Shown here: positions 1 through 15,465 of the stretch, one piece after another
Layout: every line of letters begins with the position of its first letter
How positions within the stretch are numbered: position 1 is the first letter of the stretch
Origin: Lingula anatina
Taxonomy: Eukaryota > Animalia > Brachiopoda
Assembly (NCBI GenBank): GCA_051362555.1
Contig: CM120644.1
Coordinates: 12,484,567 to 12,548,566 of the forward strand
DNA length: 64,000 bases
Direction: 5' to 3'
Notes under the pieces: model-generated
What the model saw: the letters and a program-made list of their open reading frames with translations, nothing else
The model's database searches: none
Told to the model about the DNA's origin: nothing
Made by a program: the position numbers and the translations under genes

Positions 1-703
1 CCTATGTTGGGGTCTCTGTGAGCTAAATATCTTATTATTATCTTTTTAGGAATTTTAAAAAGTAATTAAAAAGAAACAAACGTGTTCATTTCATCATAAT
101 TTTTGTAATGTGCAGCCGAGACAAAACGGACCAGAAAAGCGCAAACGCTAATTCACTGCTTTAAGAGAGCAAGCCACTGTGCTTAAATTTTCATAACGAT
201 GTATATTTCATAAACTTTGTTAAACAGATGTGCATCATATGGTCAAGTGTTTAGATATTAAAGCAAGTATATCATATACAGGTATAATACATAAAATTTA
301 CACATATGCTCGTAGTATTAACTCGTGGACTTATCTGGTTCTTTTAGACAACGCCATTACAAATTAATGAATCTATTTGTTACAGTTTCGTTTATTGAGA
401 CTTATTACTCAAAAAATTCCAAAATAAAGCGTACATTTCATTTCATGTCATTATTCTAACAGTTGAAATAGTTGCATGCAAAATACTGGTCCACACGCTC
501 GGCATGGGAGTTTAACTGCTTTGTTGAACGGCTAATGAGAAGCGCTCGAAAATGAATTCATGCGCCATGGAGATATTTTGTGTTCAAATGCTTCTTAATA
601 ATAAAGAAACTGAAACATGAAAGAGCAATTAAGTAAAACTGACCGTGGTATAACCAAAACTTAACTCCCATCTACGTTCAATATTGTTTGTTAATGGCAT
701 TAC

Positions 704-2437
704 TTAATCAACAAGTGGACCATAAAAATTATTGTATTTGTTGTTTGGATCTTCGGTAAGCCAGAACTCAAGAAAACCTTCTGCAAACTCTTCAAATGTG
801 ATGAGACCATTTTTGTCTGTGTCCATTATATCAAACATTTCATTTGAACATTGCTTTGGAACCTTTAAGCCGTAGAAAAAGGCAACATGCTCATCCTTGG
901 AGACAATGCCGTCGTCATCAATGTCCATCATCTTAAAGTCCCCGGAAACGAAGCCATGGTACAACTCTGGTCTAGAGCGACTTTGGATGGTGAGTGAATG
1001 GATGCTCTGCAGGTATTCATCCTCAGTGATTTTGTTTTTGTTTCCAGCAATTCCTACCCAGCGATGAAGGCATTTGTCTATAACGTGTTTTGCCTTTTCA
1101 CCTAATAGTAAAACATACGCTCGAACAGTTTCAACAAGTTTTTTGTAATCAGAGAATCAGGTCTTATAGACGAATTTTTCGTTTGTGATGTCGAGCCTCG
1201 GATTTGTGATCTCGAAACCCCGGATTAACGACTCTAACCATGGTTTCAGGGCACGAACGTAAAACTGGTGTCCACGAGCACCACATTACAAAAAACAAAC
1301 TGATAATCAGCATCGGTACATTCCGCATTTGCCGGGGATTGTCCAAAACGCATTACTCCTGTATTAATACGCAGCATTTGATACTTGATGTCAGAAATTC
1401 ATCAGTTTGATTTCTTTTGAAGAGTTTTTTGATTTAGTTTTAAATTTATTTTAAAGCAAATACATGCATGCTGCAGACAGTAAAACTTCCACAGCAGCCG
1501 TTGCAATGTAAACTGTGGGCTTTTGTGTATTTTCCACACAACTCACGTATTTAATCTAGTTTAAGCTTTAAGTGACCTCAGCAACTAACATCACTTTCCT
1601 CATTAAATTATGTTTTTGAAGCTGTAGCCACTTTATCAAGCCTTGCTGTAGACTTCATTCTTTCGTTAAAGAATCTCCAAAAAAATTCTTTCGACTAGGT
1701 ATCTTCAAAGCACTAACGTGCAGTTTCTTTTAACTTCCGCCATATTGATAATACATGTAGTTCGGGATGAAGAGAAAAACATTTGTACAGCTGGAGATCC
1801 GGATGAATTTGGCTGAACAGTTCGTGTTCTTTTGATGCATTGCTTGTTGCCACTATAACCTTAAGTTCGTGCCATGAAATCGTGGTTTGAGACGATAATT
1901 TGGGAGTTCGTACTAAAAATCTGAGGCTCATGATCGCAAACGAGAGTTATTTTTTATGAGGCATAATAATTGTTGTAGGACATTTATGCAGCAATAAAGT
2001 GACACACACACTTCAATCGCCTTACTTTTTGTCAGTGCAGACAGAAATTTAACAAGGTGTGCTCTTTTAAGATACTCAAAAACCGTGCCCTCTCTTAATA
2101 ACTTAAACAGTTCAATTTTTGTATTTCCTGATAACTCTGTCTGTTAACGAATCAGCAAAAATGGATAAGGAGATCTTCATTAATGAAATGTGCACGTACC
2201 ATCAAGGCTCCTAAATTCTGCAATGCGCCTCCCAAGGGCTATAAAATCTTCTTCAGTTACGTATCCATCAGTGTTTGAATCATACCGTTTATACAAATTA
2301 CGAACTTTTCTCTTCCAGTGTTCAGATCCGGTAACACATGGAAAATCTGAAGGCAGCTGAAATGATATTAACCATTTTTTTTCAATTTTCTTTAATCTAT
2401 TTACTCAATTATGGTTACTATCGTATCTAAACCTCAT

Positions 2438-2481
<44 letters not shown>

Positions 2482-3150
2482 GCACGTGTTACTACTACTA
2501 CTACATGTACTAACACTGGTACTACTTCTACTACTGCTTTGGAACATCTAAATCTAAAGTTCAAAATAAAAAGAAACCGTGCTCCAACCCGTGTTCACAA
2601 TTCAGCGTCCCTTATTTTTTCTGAAATCACATGTTTTATGTACATTTTGATGGTCTATCGATGATTCTTTTTAAAGGTCCTATGCAGCTTACCTGTATGT
2701 TCTTTTTGATTATGCAATATACATTGTGGGTAAAGGTACAACTTCTTGTTAGTGCAAACTAAGTATTCTTTCTCGCCCATCATAATATAAAAAGGGCCAA
2801 AGATTTATATCATCAAAATATGTACATCTCCTGTACTTTGAACATATTCATGTAAAGGTAATTGGTTTTCCTCCAGTACCTTTTTAGACATTCAAAAAGA
2901 AAAAATACTTTGAGTATCTGTAAAACTCTACTGCGACTAATACCATAAACGATTACTTTTTCAGCCGACTTACTTTTCCAAGACGCAGTGTTCCAGTTGT
3001 CAGCCTCCGGACAGGTTGTGGGTATGGCTCAGGTTGGAGGACATTATTTAATCTCGAAGTAGGTTGAACGAATTTTGTTAATCCCCAGCTCGATTTGATA
3101 CCCCGAACTAAACCCCAACTGCGCAATGCGGTGTTTGACATGACCAACAT
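704..3150 (-). CDS. EF-hand protein gene 1 (SCP/luciferin-binding protein-like, subfamily A); exons 3150-2974, 2356-2200, 1101-704; about 243 aa
   Basis: Exons join in frame at GT-AG sites (GGAAAA|gtaagt, phase 0; tttcag|CTG...GATG|gtacgt, phase 1; attag|GTGAA). EF loops are DSNTDGYVTEED, DIDDDGIVSKDE and DTDKNGLITFEE. GSEHWKRKVR and terminal FYGPLVD resemble annelid SCP and Renilla luciferin-binding protein. The start shared by all three A genes (MSN, 3141) may be the true start. Confidence 0.9.
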
Positions 3151-3491
3151 TTTGAATTAGGAAACACTATGGTCTCACCTAAGTCCTTTGCTTTTCTGTT
3201 ACCCCAAACATCTAGTTGCTTTAATGTAACAGGACCAACCAAACTGCATGTAATATAAAACAAGGATCATTTATCCACATGCGAAAAAGTATCATTTTAT
3301 TTTCAAAAGGTGCTATGTCACGGTACACATAACAAGTGACAATAAGAATAAGAGGTGAACGTTCGGCGACCCATGTGACCTTGAATGATTCAAACGACTT
3401 TAAAGGTATCTTATGACAGCCTATAAGTATGGAGGAGAATTTATTATAAGTTCCAGGCTCATTTGAATTTTATAAAACTCGTACGAGCATA

Positions 3492-3538
<47 letters not shown>

Positions 3539-6500
3539 CATGTAACAGGGCATTGAAATTCGGTGATAGCATTTTTTCTTAACCTACACGATGTGATTGT
3601 GTTTGACCCCAATGAAAGGTGAAAAACAGAACTGAACTAGAACAGTGAATATTTGTCATTACCACAGTCAATTTTATCGAAAGTTTTGTGACGAATTTCG
3701 CAGTAAACTTATTAATTATATCTACTTAATGTATAACTTTTAACTCTATTAACAAGTATAGAATGAAACGGGAGAATAAAGTGGAAGGTCAGAATGAATG
3801 TTTCACAAACTGTGAGCGTCACTTATGCGACTAAGAGAGTCATATTTTTGCAAAATGATTTATCAACATCGTAAAATCACCTGACATAGGTCATCAGCAT
3901 GAATAAGGTGCTACAATATGGGCATGAAGGAATTTCAATTCTTTACACTTTTAGGTGTGTTCGGTGAACCAGACACTAACGTCACATTCATCATTTTTAG
4001 ATCAACATGTGGAACCCTGCAAAGATGTAAGTTAAACATTTAGTGCGTAACGGAGGAGTTAAAAGTGTCTATTTGCTGTGGCCTTGGTATATTTAGGCAC
4101 AACACGCCTTTGAAGGTGTTGCTGCCTTGGATGTGACGTGACAGACCACATGATAGAGAGTCCGGTTCCCATTAATTTGTGCCGGTAAGCCTCACCCTAG
4201 ATTTTGACCTACTAACGTCAGGCTAACCCTAACCTGTTTAATTAAATGGAAGGTGGAATCTCTGTTACACGGGCCCTTAGCTTCGTCACAACGGGACATG
4301 TATTATTATTATTATTATTTTATTTTTTTTGTAACGTGTTCCAATATTTTTGTACTGATTCATAATCGTAACGTATGTTTTCCTGAAAAATGTACGAAAA
4401 AGACCATATCTGAACATGTTTATTCTACAACATTATACTTGTAAGACATAAGGACGAAAACCAGTGCTGCTCAAATTTTCAAAGTGCATAAGATACCTCT
4501 GCAGCCGAAAGTTTTCCATTTGTAACGCAAATTATGTGCCTTTTGGGGGTAAGAAGATGATTTTTAAATTTTAATTCACGGTTTAAGGGCAGTGAAACTT
4601 TCATACGAACTTCTGTGAGACTATAAATTACCAAACACAGATATCTGGATATTAATATGTACACTCAATATTTTATATGCACGCCTGTAACTTCATTTGC
4701 ACCTCTACAGTGGATTAGTGCGTTTTACAAACTAGAGTGATTGCTTTTATGTAGCCAAATGTTCACAAGCACAACGAAGCTCTGTTTTTGCTCCAAATTA
4801 AGTAAGATAAGTCCATATGACTGAAATTGTCATTTATTAATGACGAAAAATAAAAAGATACAAAGTAACAAAACTGGGGAGATAATAAACATCCCCCAAA
4901 CTATATAAGTGCTAAATATAAAAATAATAAAGTAAGTTAATGAAATGTAACCAGGATTAATTATGAAAAATATGAGAAATCACAGCAGCTATAGGAGCAA
5001 AAAGTTGGCGCAAATGAAAATAAAAGGCCTTTGTTACAAAACTGGGGAGATAATAAACATCCCCCAAACTATATAAGTGCTAAATATAAAAATAATTAAG
5101 TAAGTTAATGAAATGAACCAGGATTAATTATGAAAAATATGAGAAATCACAACAGCCATAGGAGCAAAAAGTTGGCGCAAATGAAAATAAAAGGCTTATG
5201 AAAAATATGAGAAATCACAACAGCTATAGCAGCAAAAAGTTGGCGCAAATGGTTGGCGCAAATGAAATTAAAAGGCATAATGCATATTCGAAAGCCGGCC
5301 TAGGCTGAGAGCGAGCTACGCAACCCCTACCTATTTAGGACGGGGACGTAGGTTTCCTCATTGCTCTGACAGCCCAATCATAAAGTCGTCTCTCTTGGCC
5401 TACGTACTGCCACATATGCCCTGCATAGTACATTTACCTAACTATAGTTTTAAAGTAATAATCTCACATGTATGATATATATCAATAAACAAACGATAAC
5501 CAGATAATCTGAAATGACTAATTAATGTGCCAATTGAGTTATAGCTAACAAGCATAAATACAACAATGTTACATTGAGCCAATGCTCAAATCTGCTTCAT
5601 TAGTCATGAAAAGAGAAAAAAATATGGGGGGGGGGGAGTTTGAATAAGTTTACCAAACATCACCTTAAAAATTTCACTCCTGAATAATGCACTTCTTAAT
5701 GTTGTGAATTTTACGAGAAAAGTGAGGGAGAGCATTAACTGTCTCCTGAATAACTGAACTCTTATGCCTCGGATTAGCAGGCCTTCCAGAGGCAAAGTGG
5801 CACTGTCCAATTAGGTGCCCCCTTAATTATGTCACACAGGTGCCGCTTGAAAGTAAATAAGTCTAAGTTTTAAAAACACCACAAGGATGAAGACAGGTGG
5901 TAGGGGAGGGTGGAGGGTGTACAAATAACAATAAATAAACGTAAGTAATAATACAGTGTAGCTGCTAAAACTGCGGGTAAATATATCCGCAGCTACAAAG
6001 CTGAATGACTTCTCACTGAATGCAGCTCGATGGAATTAATCTCCAAAACATCTTTCATAGAATATACTTGTGTGTGCCTAGATACACAGCAGCTAAGACA
6101 TTCCTTAACCCTGGACATCTGTTATCACCTTGTCTTGGTCAACTACTTAAGGTCAAAATGTGCAGACACAAGACCCAAACAAAACGTTGATGTATTACCA
6201 AAAAGTTAATAGCACCACTAAAACAAACCATTTGCTACATAAATACAATTAATTCTCTTAATTGTAGTTTTATGTAGCCAAATATTCACAAGCACAACGA
6301 AGCTCTGTTTTTGCTCCAAATTCAGTAAGATAAGTCCATATGACTGAAATTGTCATTTATTAATGACGAAAACTAAAAAGATACAAAGTTACAAAACTGG
6401 GGAGATAATAAACATCCCCTAAACTATATAAGTATAAATAAGTGCTAAATATAAAAATAATAAAGTAAGTTAATGAAATGTAACAAGGATTAATTATGAA

Positions 6501-7166
6501 AAATATGAGAAATCACAACAGCTATAGGAGCAAAAAGTTGGCGCAAATGAAAATAAAATGCCATATGATGTGAGAGAGGCTCACATCCCCGCCAACCGAG
6601 GAGTGCTTGTGAAAAAAAATGGAATGATAAACAACATCTGACATTATATCTGAATCCTATGTGCTACTAAAAAAAAAAACAAGGCAGCAAAGCTGTCAAA
6701 TGTACAGATAAAAACCAGAAAATAAAAACGCAGGAAATAGGATACTGTCAATTCTGATGAACTAATGTATTATGCTTACTGTAACTGCATAGCCAACATC
6801 AAATTCTTATTCTGCATAACATTGGATTAGGATGAAAGTAAAATGTGTATCAAGCATTAGACTAAGTTCCCATACCTAGATCAATCTAACAGGATCAATG
6901 CAACTCCAAGGGGTTTCTCACTAAATTGCTTTCAGTTTGACAGTCTTAGGATTCTGGCATGCCAGTTTCAGTAGGCGTGACAGACAACTAAGCCACTTAC
7001 ATTGATTGCAATTTAGCGAGAATTTCCATGGAGATAGATCGATCCACAGTTAGCGTGATAGGGTCTGGAAATAGCCCCTAAGGTGTCAGGCTGATAAGAG
7101 TTAAACTTTGGAAATGCCAGAATGAGGTACAGTGAAAATTAAACACAAAAAAAATTGCTTAAACTC

Positions 7167-7273
<107 letters not shown>

Positions 7274-8649
7274 AATTTTTTTTTGGGGGGGGGGCTGTAT
7301 GTCAATCCTAAGAATCATTCTTGTAACTTAACAAAATACAGAAAATGTTACAAAGTAAGAGTACAGGGCTCCTGGCAGATGGGAGTGATAAGTCACAACT
7401 TGAAAATGCCAGTATAGCACTCTATAAACCTGCATTGCCTCCAAAACAGAAAACAATCACACTGGTTTTCAAACACAAGCTGCGCACTTGTGTCTTATGA
7501 AACTTTTCACTAAGTTTCAGTATCGTAAGTAACATGGTTTTCCCTTAATCTCTATCCTGGCAGCAGTGTCCAAAATAGGGTTTTCTTCAACTTTCATGCA
7601 ATAAAACATAATACTTAAAAGCATAATGACCATCAAATTTTATTTAAAAAAAAAAAATAAAAGTATCATGAATATTCAGAAAATGTGATTTGGGAAGGTC
7701 TTCAAGGCCATGGAAGTTCAGAGTCACACTTTCAAAATGCCAAAATGTAAACAAGAGATAACTGTACTGAAATGATTTTCTTTCCATTTTCAACACCTTT
7801 TTTAAAACAAAATGATCAATAAACTGTCATTTTTAAATGGTCAACTAGGAAAATTGTTGAAATAGGAAAAATAGCAATAGAACAATTTTCAATGTCCAAT
7901 TTGCTCCATTTGCAGATGCTGAACATAGTGAATGATTAAATCTGACAAACTGCAATGATGAGTTCCTTTCCATTTATGATACTTTATTACACAATGCACA
8001 ATATTATAACAGGTTTACCGTCATTTTTATATAATCAACTAACAATATTGTTTAGAAGCAGAAAATGTCAAAACAACACTTTTACATATCTTATTCGTTC
8101 CATAATGAGACTGTTAACATGCCTAAGAATTAAATCTGAAGAAAACAATTATATACAAAAATACAGAAAATGCACAGCACTTCTGGTGGATGGGAGTATA
8201 AAATCACATCTTGAAGATGCTTGTGTTTGAAAAATAATTTTAAAAAAATTTTAAATAAAACGTAAAAAATTCCAATAAAGCTGCTTTTAATCTAGCTGTA
8301 TTAACTTGATATTAATAAACCCACCAAGTTTGAGAAAAATAAAGCACTGTTATTCATTTATAGCATGTTGGCATAACACATTCTTTTTGTTGTAAATTTA
8401 TTTGCAATGTTAAACACCATTTATCTGCACAATTATCACCAAATCCTAATTTTGTGACACAGTTAAGAGAGCTAAACCTATGGGACTTTACAGGGAAATC
8501 TCAAGGAGTGTTTTATGTAATCTCATTTAATGGCCAATTGAAAATTAATGAGTAGGCAAGTGACTTTATAGACCTTAATTTAATTAGTGATCACCCAAGG
8601 GACAATTTTATAGACTGTCTTCCATACAGTACCATCATATAGCACAAAG

Positions 8650-9927
8650 GTGTTGCATACATGCTGAAAAAAGTGAAAAACAGCAGAACTTCCCTAAAAA
8701 TGACCCAATCATACTGATTTTCAAACTTGACCTGCGTAATATGAATATTCATTAGTTCTGCAAGTTCAAGCCAAAAGGTAAAATGATTTTTCACTTATCA
8801 TGTTATCAGTGTTGCATATATGGTGAAAAAAGTGAAAAACAGCATAACTTCCCTAAAAATGACCCGATCATGCTAATTTTCAAACTTGACCTGCGTATTA
8901 TGAATATTCATCAGTTTTGTAAGTTTCAAGGGAAAAGGTAAAATGGTTTTCCACTTATCGTGTTATCGGTGCTGCATATATGCTGAAACAAGACAGCACT
9001 GTTCTGCAATGGGTTTACTTCCATTTTTAACATATAACAAAATAAACAGTTTTCTACCATTTGTACATGATCAACTAAGAAAATTGATGAGATGAGAAAA
9101 ATATCAATAGAACAGTGTTAAATGTCCAATTTTCTCCATTCTGAGATAATGAATATAGTAGATGATTGAATCTGACAAACTGTAATGATATTTGTTTATT
9201 TCCATTTTTGACACTTTATAACATAATACACAATAACAAGTTTACCATCATTTTTACATAATCAACTAACAATGTTATTAAGATGCAGGAAATGTCAAAC
9301 AAACACTTTTACGTATCTTATTAGTTCAATAATGAGACTGTTAACATGCCTAACAATTGAATCTGAGGAAATGTGAAAAAACAGCATAACTTCTAAAAGA
9401 ATGGCCCGATTATGCTGATTTTGGAACTCAACCTGCGTTTTAGTTAGTTTGACTACTCCTGTGAGTATAATGACAATTGGCCTATCTGTTTTTCTTATAT
9501 TGTGTTATTAGCGTTGCATATATGTTGAAAGAAGTGAAAAAACAGCATAACATCCCTAAAAATGGCCCGATCATGCTGATTTTCAAACTTGACCTGCGTA
9601 TTTTGAATATTCATCAGTTTTGTAAGTTTCAAGCCAAAAGGTAAAATGGTTTTCCATTTATGGTGTTATCGGTGCTGCATATATGCTGAAAAAAGTGAAA
9701 AAACAGCATAAATTCCCTATAAGTGACCCGATCATGCTGATTTTCGAACTTGACCTGCGTATTACGAATATTCATCAGTTCTGTAAGTTTCAAGCCAAAA
9801 GAAAAAACAGTTTTCCACTTATCGTGTTATCGGTAAAAGTGCACGGCGACGACGGCGACAGCGACGGCGACGGCGACGACAGACGCAGATGATGGCTATA
9901 TGTACAGACACATCTGTGTCTGTACAT

Positions 9928-9931
<4 letters not shown>
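8650..9931 (+). mobile_element. HINE-like (Helentron-associated) element with ~160 bp tandem repeats, nested in the Ngaro element; 5' end undefined
   Basis: ~160 bp units start at 8650, 8809, 9512 and 9672. They are followed by a GAC/GGC microsatellite (9844-9886), a 13-bp-stem hairpin tatgtacagacac-atct-gtgtctgtacata (9899-9928) and an A run. Confidence 0.65.
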
Positions 9932-10003
<72 letters not shown>

Positions 10004-10469
10004 ATGAAGAACTAGCTACAGCTGAATCACGGAAAAGGAAGAGAAACTGGCAACCATGAATAAAATTAAGGGAGCCAAATAAGGCATTAAAATGGTGATC
10101 CCACCCTGTAATTTTTTTTTTTTTTTGTAACATGAAACACACATAATTATAAAAACAATACCGCTATATAACTATCCTGCAAAAGCAAGGGCTTTGGATA
10201 ATTCCGAAGAAACATAAGAATAAGTGACCAGTGTTCCATAAATAAACTGAAATAAAGGACCTAACATATGCGTAAAAGTTCGTCGATAATAGAAGAAGGC
10301 TTGCACTTGGCAAAGGAGAGGGTCAAACAGCTGAGATAACCAAAAGCAAGAGCAAGCAAAATCAAGAACTACATGTATAGGAAACGGTTCTTTAACTGTG
10401 ATATGCCAAAGTGCAACTACCGCATCCCATTCATAAAGAATCACTGACAGCCAAAGACCGCCGCATAAC

Positions 10470-11480
10470 CTATTGACCCCGAGGCATTTGTAAACAAGTG
10501 TAAGGTATCTGACGATTGTCATGATCAAGGCAGCAGGACCGATTTTCCATTAAGTGATGTGAAAAATGAAGCCACATGCCTAGGTCCGCTCTTGCTTCAC
10601 TATTGAGTCGAATATAATGACGGGGGCGCCTAACACCAACAGTTAAATCAATTTTGCGGCGTAAGAAAGCCCTGCCCGGCACTACGACTAAGCATGCAAA
10701 GTTTAAAAACCATAGAGATGTAACTCTTTCAATTGTACCTATTCTCCTTTGAGAAAGCTAGGAAAGTAAAACATAACACTTTTCCAATTTGTCCTGTGGC
10801 ACACGACCTACAAGCGAATCTATTTCAACGCCGCAATTAGTTGAACAAGTGGGCGGAATAATTTTTTTTTTAACCATTAATGGGAACCTTACTCCGTTTG
10901 CATAATGCAAGAAAATTTTGTAAATTAACTTGACATTTATTGGAAATGGGGGTCCAATGAAAGAAAAATCATCCAGTATATAAGATATGGCCGAGGCATG
11001 AAATTTTTTAACCTCCATTTTAGAGCTGTACTCAGTGATTAAATATTTGGTACGAACAACTTGCACCCATTGGCAGACATGTTTCAAAATAAATAATTCA
11101 TTCCAAGAGAAACAAAGAAGTCGGCTTAGAGCTGAAATGCGGAAAACATCTAGAATGTCAGACCTAGCTAAAAGAGCACCAGGGCCGAAATGTTGGACAT
11201 GGGCGATAATCGTATAATATATTGAGTTTTACAGAAAATACTATGGGTATATTAGAATTAACCGAGTCCAGGTGGGAATAAGAAAGGTCGCGAATAACAC
11301 GGAATTTATAAGGTTCAGATTTAGTAATAATGTGTAATGGTGAACATTTAAAATATGGAAGAGGGAGATAACATTGGGCCAGCACTCCGCCCAGAGGATA
11401 AACCTGATTAATATAATCCAAAATCGCTTCAGGATGAGTACGGGCTGATAAACGATTATGAAATGCGTGAATGCTAGGAG
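10470..11480 (-). pseudogene. Frameshifted RT-RNase H of the Ngaro/DIRS element
   Basis: SPLHIITKSEPYKFRVIRDLSY...SVNSNIP, YILDDFSFIG and PGRAFLRRKIDLTVGVRRPRHYIRLNSEARADLGMW are spread over several frames. Confidence 0.85.
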
Positions 11481-12714
11481 TGGTGGTGCAATGAAGGCAG
11501 GAACCCTTGGAAATATATTGATGAGAAAAATCACCTTATGAGGATCCTAACCGTAAGTTCCAATCGTAACAGGGAATGGGTAATTGGAGTTGTTAGACAA
11601 TGTTGTAGGCGGGTCTGACTGGGCGTGGGATGTGGGGCAATCGATTTTAGGATGGGATCCCAGTACTGGCAACAGTACTAAATTAACATAGACTAAAGGT
11701 GCATTATTCCCTTATATAAAAAGCAAAAAAAAAAAAAGATGCCTAGACGAAAGGGACGTAGAAAAGGGGGGGGATATTCATGGGTGCCACTGTAAACGGT
11801 AACACGGGGATAACTTATCCCACGGGACCAGTGGTGTTGGTCGTAAGTTGCAAAAGGCGTCATAATAAAGACGCTAATCATTAGTATAAGGAGCTTCTTA
11901 ATGTTCTAAGAGATAAGCCGTACGTAAGTAAGTTTACAGAATCATATAAATTTTTTGTTAGAAAATCGCTGAAAACAAAAACAAAAAAAAACTTCAGTAC
12001 AAAGGTAAAGGGAAATCAGCGATTTTTACGAGGGCATGTGGATCACTTCCAATTTCATCGGCTGGACCCGTGTGTTTACAGTGTCGAACGACGGCTGATA
12101 CTGGGTACAGGGTATCTGCTGCTGAACGTTAGTCTCTGGCAGGGAGGAGTCGGGAGAAGGAGAAGCACACGGCATTACTGTGCCGGTGTGACTCGGCTTC
12201 TTTCCACCAGGAGCAGTGGATGCAGGAGCCAATCGTCGTTTGCTGGATAATGAGCGCGCATTGGAGATATCCGACATCCTGGACAGCTTACGGTACTCCA
12301 ACCGGGAGGGGTCTTGGAAGGCATGGTAACATAAAAACAAAGGAAACTAAGAAGACCGCGCAAAGGCAGTTGCATTTATATATAAGACAATTCAGTAAAA
12401 AAAAAATTCCCGGGCCAGGTAATTCAAGTAAGTAAACGGAATAACTTATATGAATAAAATATACACTTGTACAGAGAACATAAAACCCGGCATAAACCCA
12501 ACGAATAGCCTGGGTAGATATGGCATGAGACATATTGATATAATTAGTGCAAAAAACATCTCCTAGTCCGCCGCCAGAGAAAATACATGCAGGCAAGAGC
12601 CTCAGCTTAGCCGTGCACGTAAAAACAGGGATATCTGGAAAACCGACTAGGCAAACGAACATACAGCTGGGTGACTCCCCAGAATAGGGGCATAACAGCT
12701 CCCAAAAAAAAAAT

Positions 12715-13098
12715 TAAAACCTAGTATACCAGATACCACCTAAGGGTTCTCACTACTAGGCAAACAGTTAAAAACCTGGGAAATACACCCAGAACCTAGT
12801 ATACCAGATACCACAAAAGGGCTCTCACTACTAGGCAAACAGTTTAAAAACCTGGGAAATACACCCAGAACCTAGTATACCAGATACCACCAAAGGGCTC
12901 TCACTACTAGGCAAACAGTTAAAAACCTGGGAAATACACCCAGAACCTAGTATACCAGATACCACCAAAGGGCTCTCACTACTAGGCAAACAGTTAAAAA
13001 AAACCTGGGAAATACACCCAGAACCTAGTATACCAGATACCACAACAGGGTTCTCACTACTAGGCAAACAGTATAAAACCTGGGGAGTACACCCAGAA
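12715..13098. repeat. Tandem repeat, about 75-78 bp x 5, inside the Ngaro element
   Basis: Unit aacctagtataccagataccac...ctcactactaggcaaacag...cctgggaaatacacccag recurs at about 12718, 12793, 12869, 12944 and 13022. Confidence 0.9.
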
Positions 13099-15389
13099 CA
13101 AAGAGCATAAAAACTCCAAAAAATGCATATTGCCTAGTCGACCAGAAACCCCTAATAATACTCCACCTGGTAATGCGGACACGGAGACAATCGGAAATAG
13201 GATATGAATAGATTACGGCATGTCAATGACAGCCAGGAAACAGGAAATATGAAAACTGCAAAAACACCTGGCCCGATAGGAATATAAACATAAATAAAAT
13301 AGATGCACACAAAAGAAAAAAAATCAAGAATAACATGATGAGTGACACCTAAAAAAAATAGGTAACAACTGTAGTTGCATAACACAACAATTATAAATGT
13401 ATTGATAAGAACACATGAAAAAAGAGGGGAAAATGAAGACAAATAAAGAAATACTAGCCTGTGTGTGATCCAAAACTTGAAGTCATCTAGTAAAAGGAAA
13501 CAGCCGTCGCCGAAACTTAAATAACAAATACTGGTGACTGGAGAAAAGTGAATATTGTCCAAATAAAATAAAGTCACCAAGTAACAAATAACCGTCAACA
13601 GCCGGCGCTGAATCTTGAATACCAAAACTGGTGGCTGGGGAAAACTGAATAATCCGAAGAAAATAGATACCAAGTAACAAATAGTCGTCCCCAAATCTTG
13701 AAACCACAAAAGTGATGACTGGTAACCAGTGTACAAATAACAATAAATAAACGTAAGTAATAATACAGTGTAGCTGCTAAAACTGCGGGTAAATATATCC
13801 GCAGCTACAAAGCTGAATGACTTCTCACTGAATGCAGCTCGATGGAATTAATCTCCAAAACATCTTTCATAGAATATACTTGTGTGTGCCTAGATACACA
13901 GCAGCTAAGACATTCCTTAACCCTGGACATCTGTTATCACCTTGTCTTGGTCAACTACTTAAGGTCAAAATGTGCAGACACAATTGTCTTAAGACCCAAA
14001 CAAAACGTTGATGTATTACCAAAAAGTTAATAGCACCACTAAAACAAACCATTTGCTACATAAATACAATTAATTCTCTTAATTGTAGTTTGGTTTATCC
14101 TTTAGTAGTTTTATTATGTTTGAGTTGTATAAAAAAACTAGTAGTCGTGATTTATGTGTGGTATAGGTAATCCACGCTCGCTTCTTATATAACTCAACAA
14201 ATCTGTTGTTTAAAGATAAGGCGCTTTTTGTCTTGAATATTTTTCAAATGAAAAAAGAAAATTAAAGACTACATATACATAATAGTAACAAGAGTGATAA
14301 TAATGATGGTAAATCGTTGGTGAATCGTAATCAGTTCGTGAAGTTCTAAATATTCGTACATATTCGTAGTCAGTTCTTAAGATTTGTACATATTCGTAGT
14401 CAGTTCTTGCAATTTTCGATCAATCACAAACTGATTACGATTCAACCACGAATCCTGAAATTTGTCAATTCCTGGCGATTCGTGGGATTCGTGGTCTGTG
14501 TGAAATAGGGGCATAAGACAGCAGCAACCCTTAGCACATAAAAGTTAAACAAATACACCCTACATTTATTAGTCGTCAAACGCGTCGTACTGCTAAACAC
14601 ATTCGGTCTACCGGTAAAAGCATGTACAACATGTTAAGGAGCTAAACGAAAAGATGAGACAAAACGGGCGCTTAGAAATGTGTTTAGGAGCTAAACACTG
14701 TGTACGTTGGCAGTAAGGCCTTAATTTCAAGATAGCTGTAGGCTGAGCGGTTTTTGTTAATCCCAGGCTTTTTTGGATAGCCCTTAATAAATAGTCCCCA
14801 ACTACGTATTGCATGTGTTTGACACGACGGACATCGTGAACCGGGATATATTCATCTATCAGGTTTTTTCTGTGTACAGCAACAAAAGTGTGAAACGTCC
14901 TTTTTCTTCACCCGCAACTAACTGCACGAACGCGACGTGGTTTTGAAAATAGATATCAAGCCACAGCACGGCCAGTGAACCATTCCCCTAAAACATTTAT
15001 CCCTTTTCAAATACACAACCTCTGTAAATTTTTTTTTTTACATTATACCTTCACAAAGTAGTACATCTAGTAACAATAAGAAAAACGGGGTACTCTGTGA
15101 CCCACAAGCCCTTGTTTGGATGTTATCGACTTATGTAATATTTATCAGCAATCTGATATGTATATCGGGGCGGATCCAGGATTATTTGAAGGAGGGGGTC
15201 CGCGAATACGAAGCCAACCCCCCCCCCCTCCTTGGCGTGGGGTACGGGGCCCGCTGGAAGACCCCGAAGATTTGTGGTATTTTAAAGGGCGAACAGTGAG
15301 TGCCATTTGGTACGGTTAGAACTTTGATTCATTTGAAGAGGGAAACTTTGGTGTGATTTTTTTTAGAAAAAGACCCCGTCTTAATTTGC

Positions 15390-15465
<76 letters not shown>

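Noticed and set aside
9683-10142. ORFs with YIYIYI or poly-R runs (also 29696, 35255, 35454, 49649)
   Set aside because: Translations of microsatellites.
12715-13098. CRISPR-like array, or a repetitive protein (ORF 12831-13067)
   Set aside because: Head-to-tail tandem repeat without unique spacers in a eukaryotic context; the ORF only reflects the repeat period.
13152-13736. 194 aa hydrophobic ORF
   Set aside because: Arises from T-rich low-complexity sequence in the 5' region of the Ngaro element; no recognisable motif.
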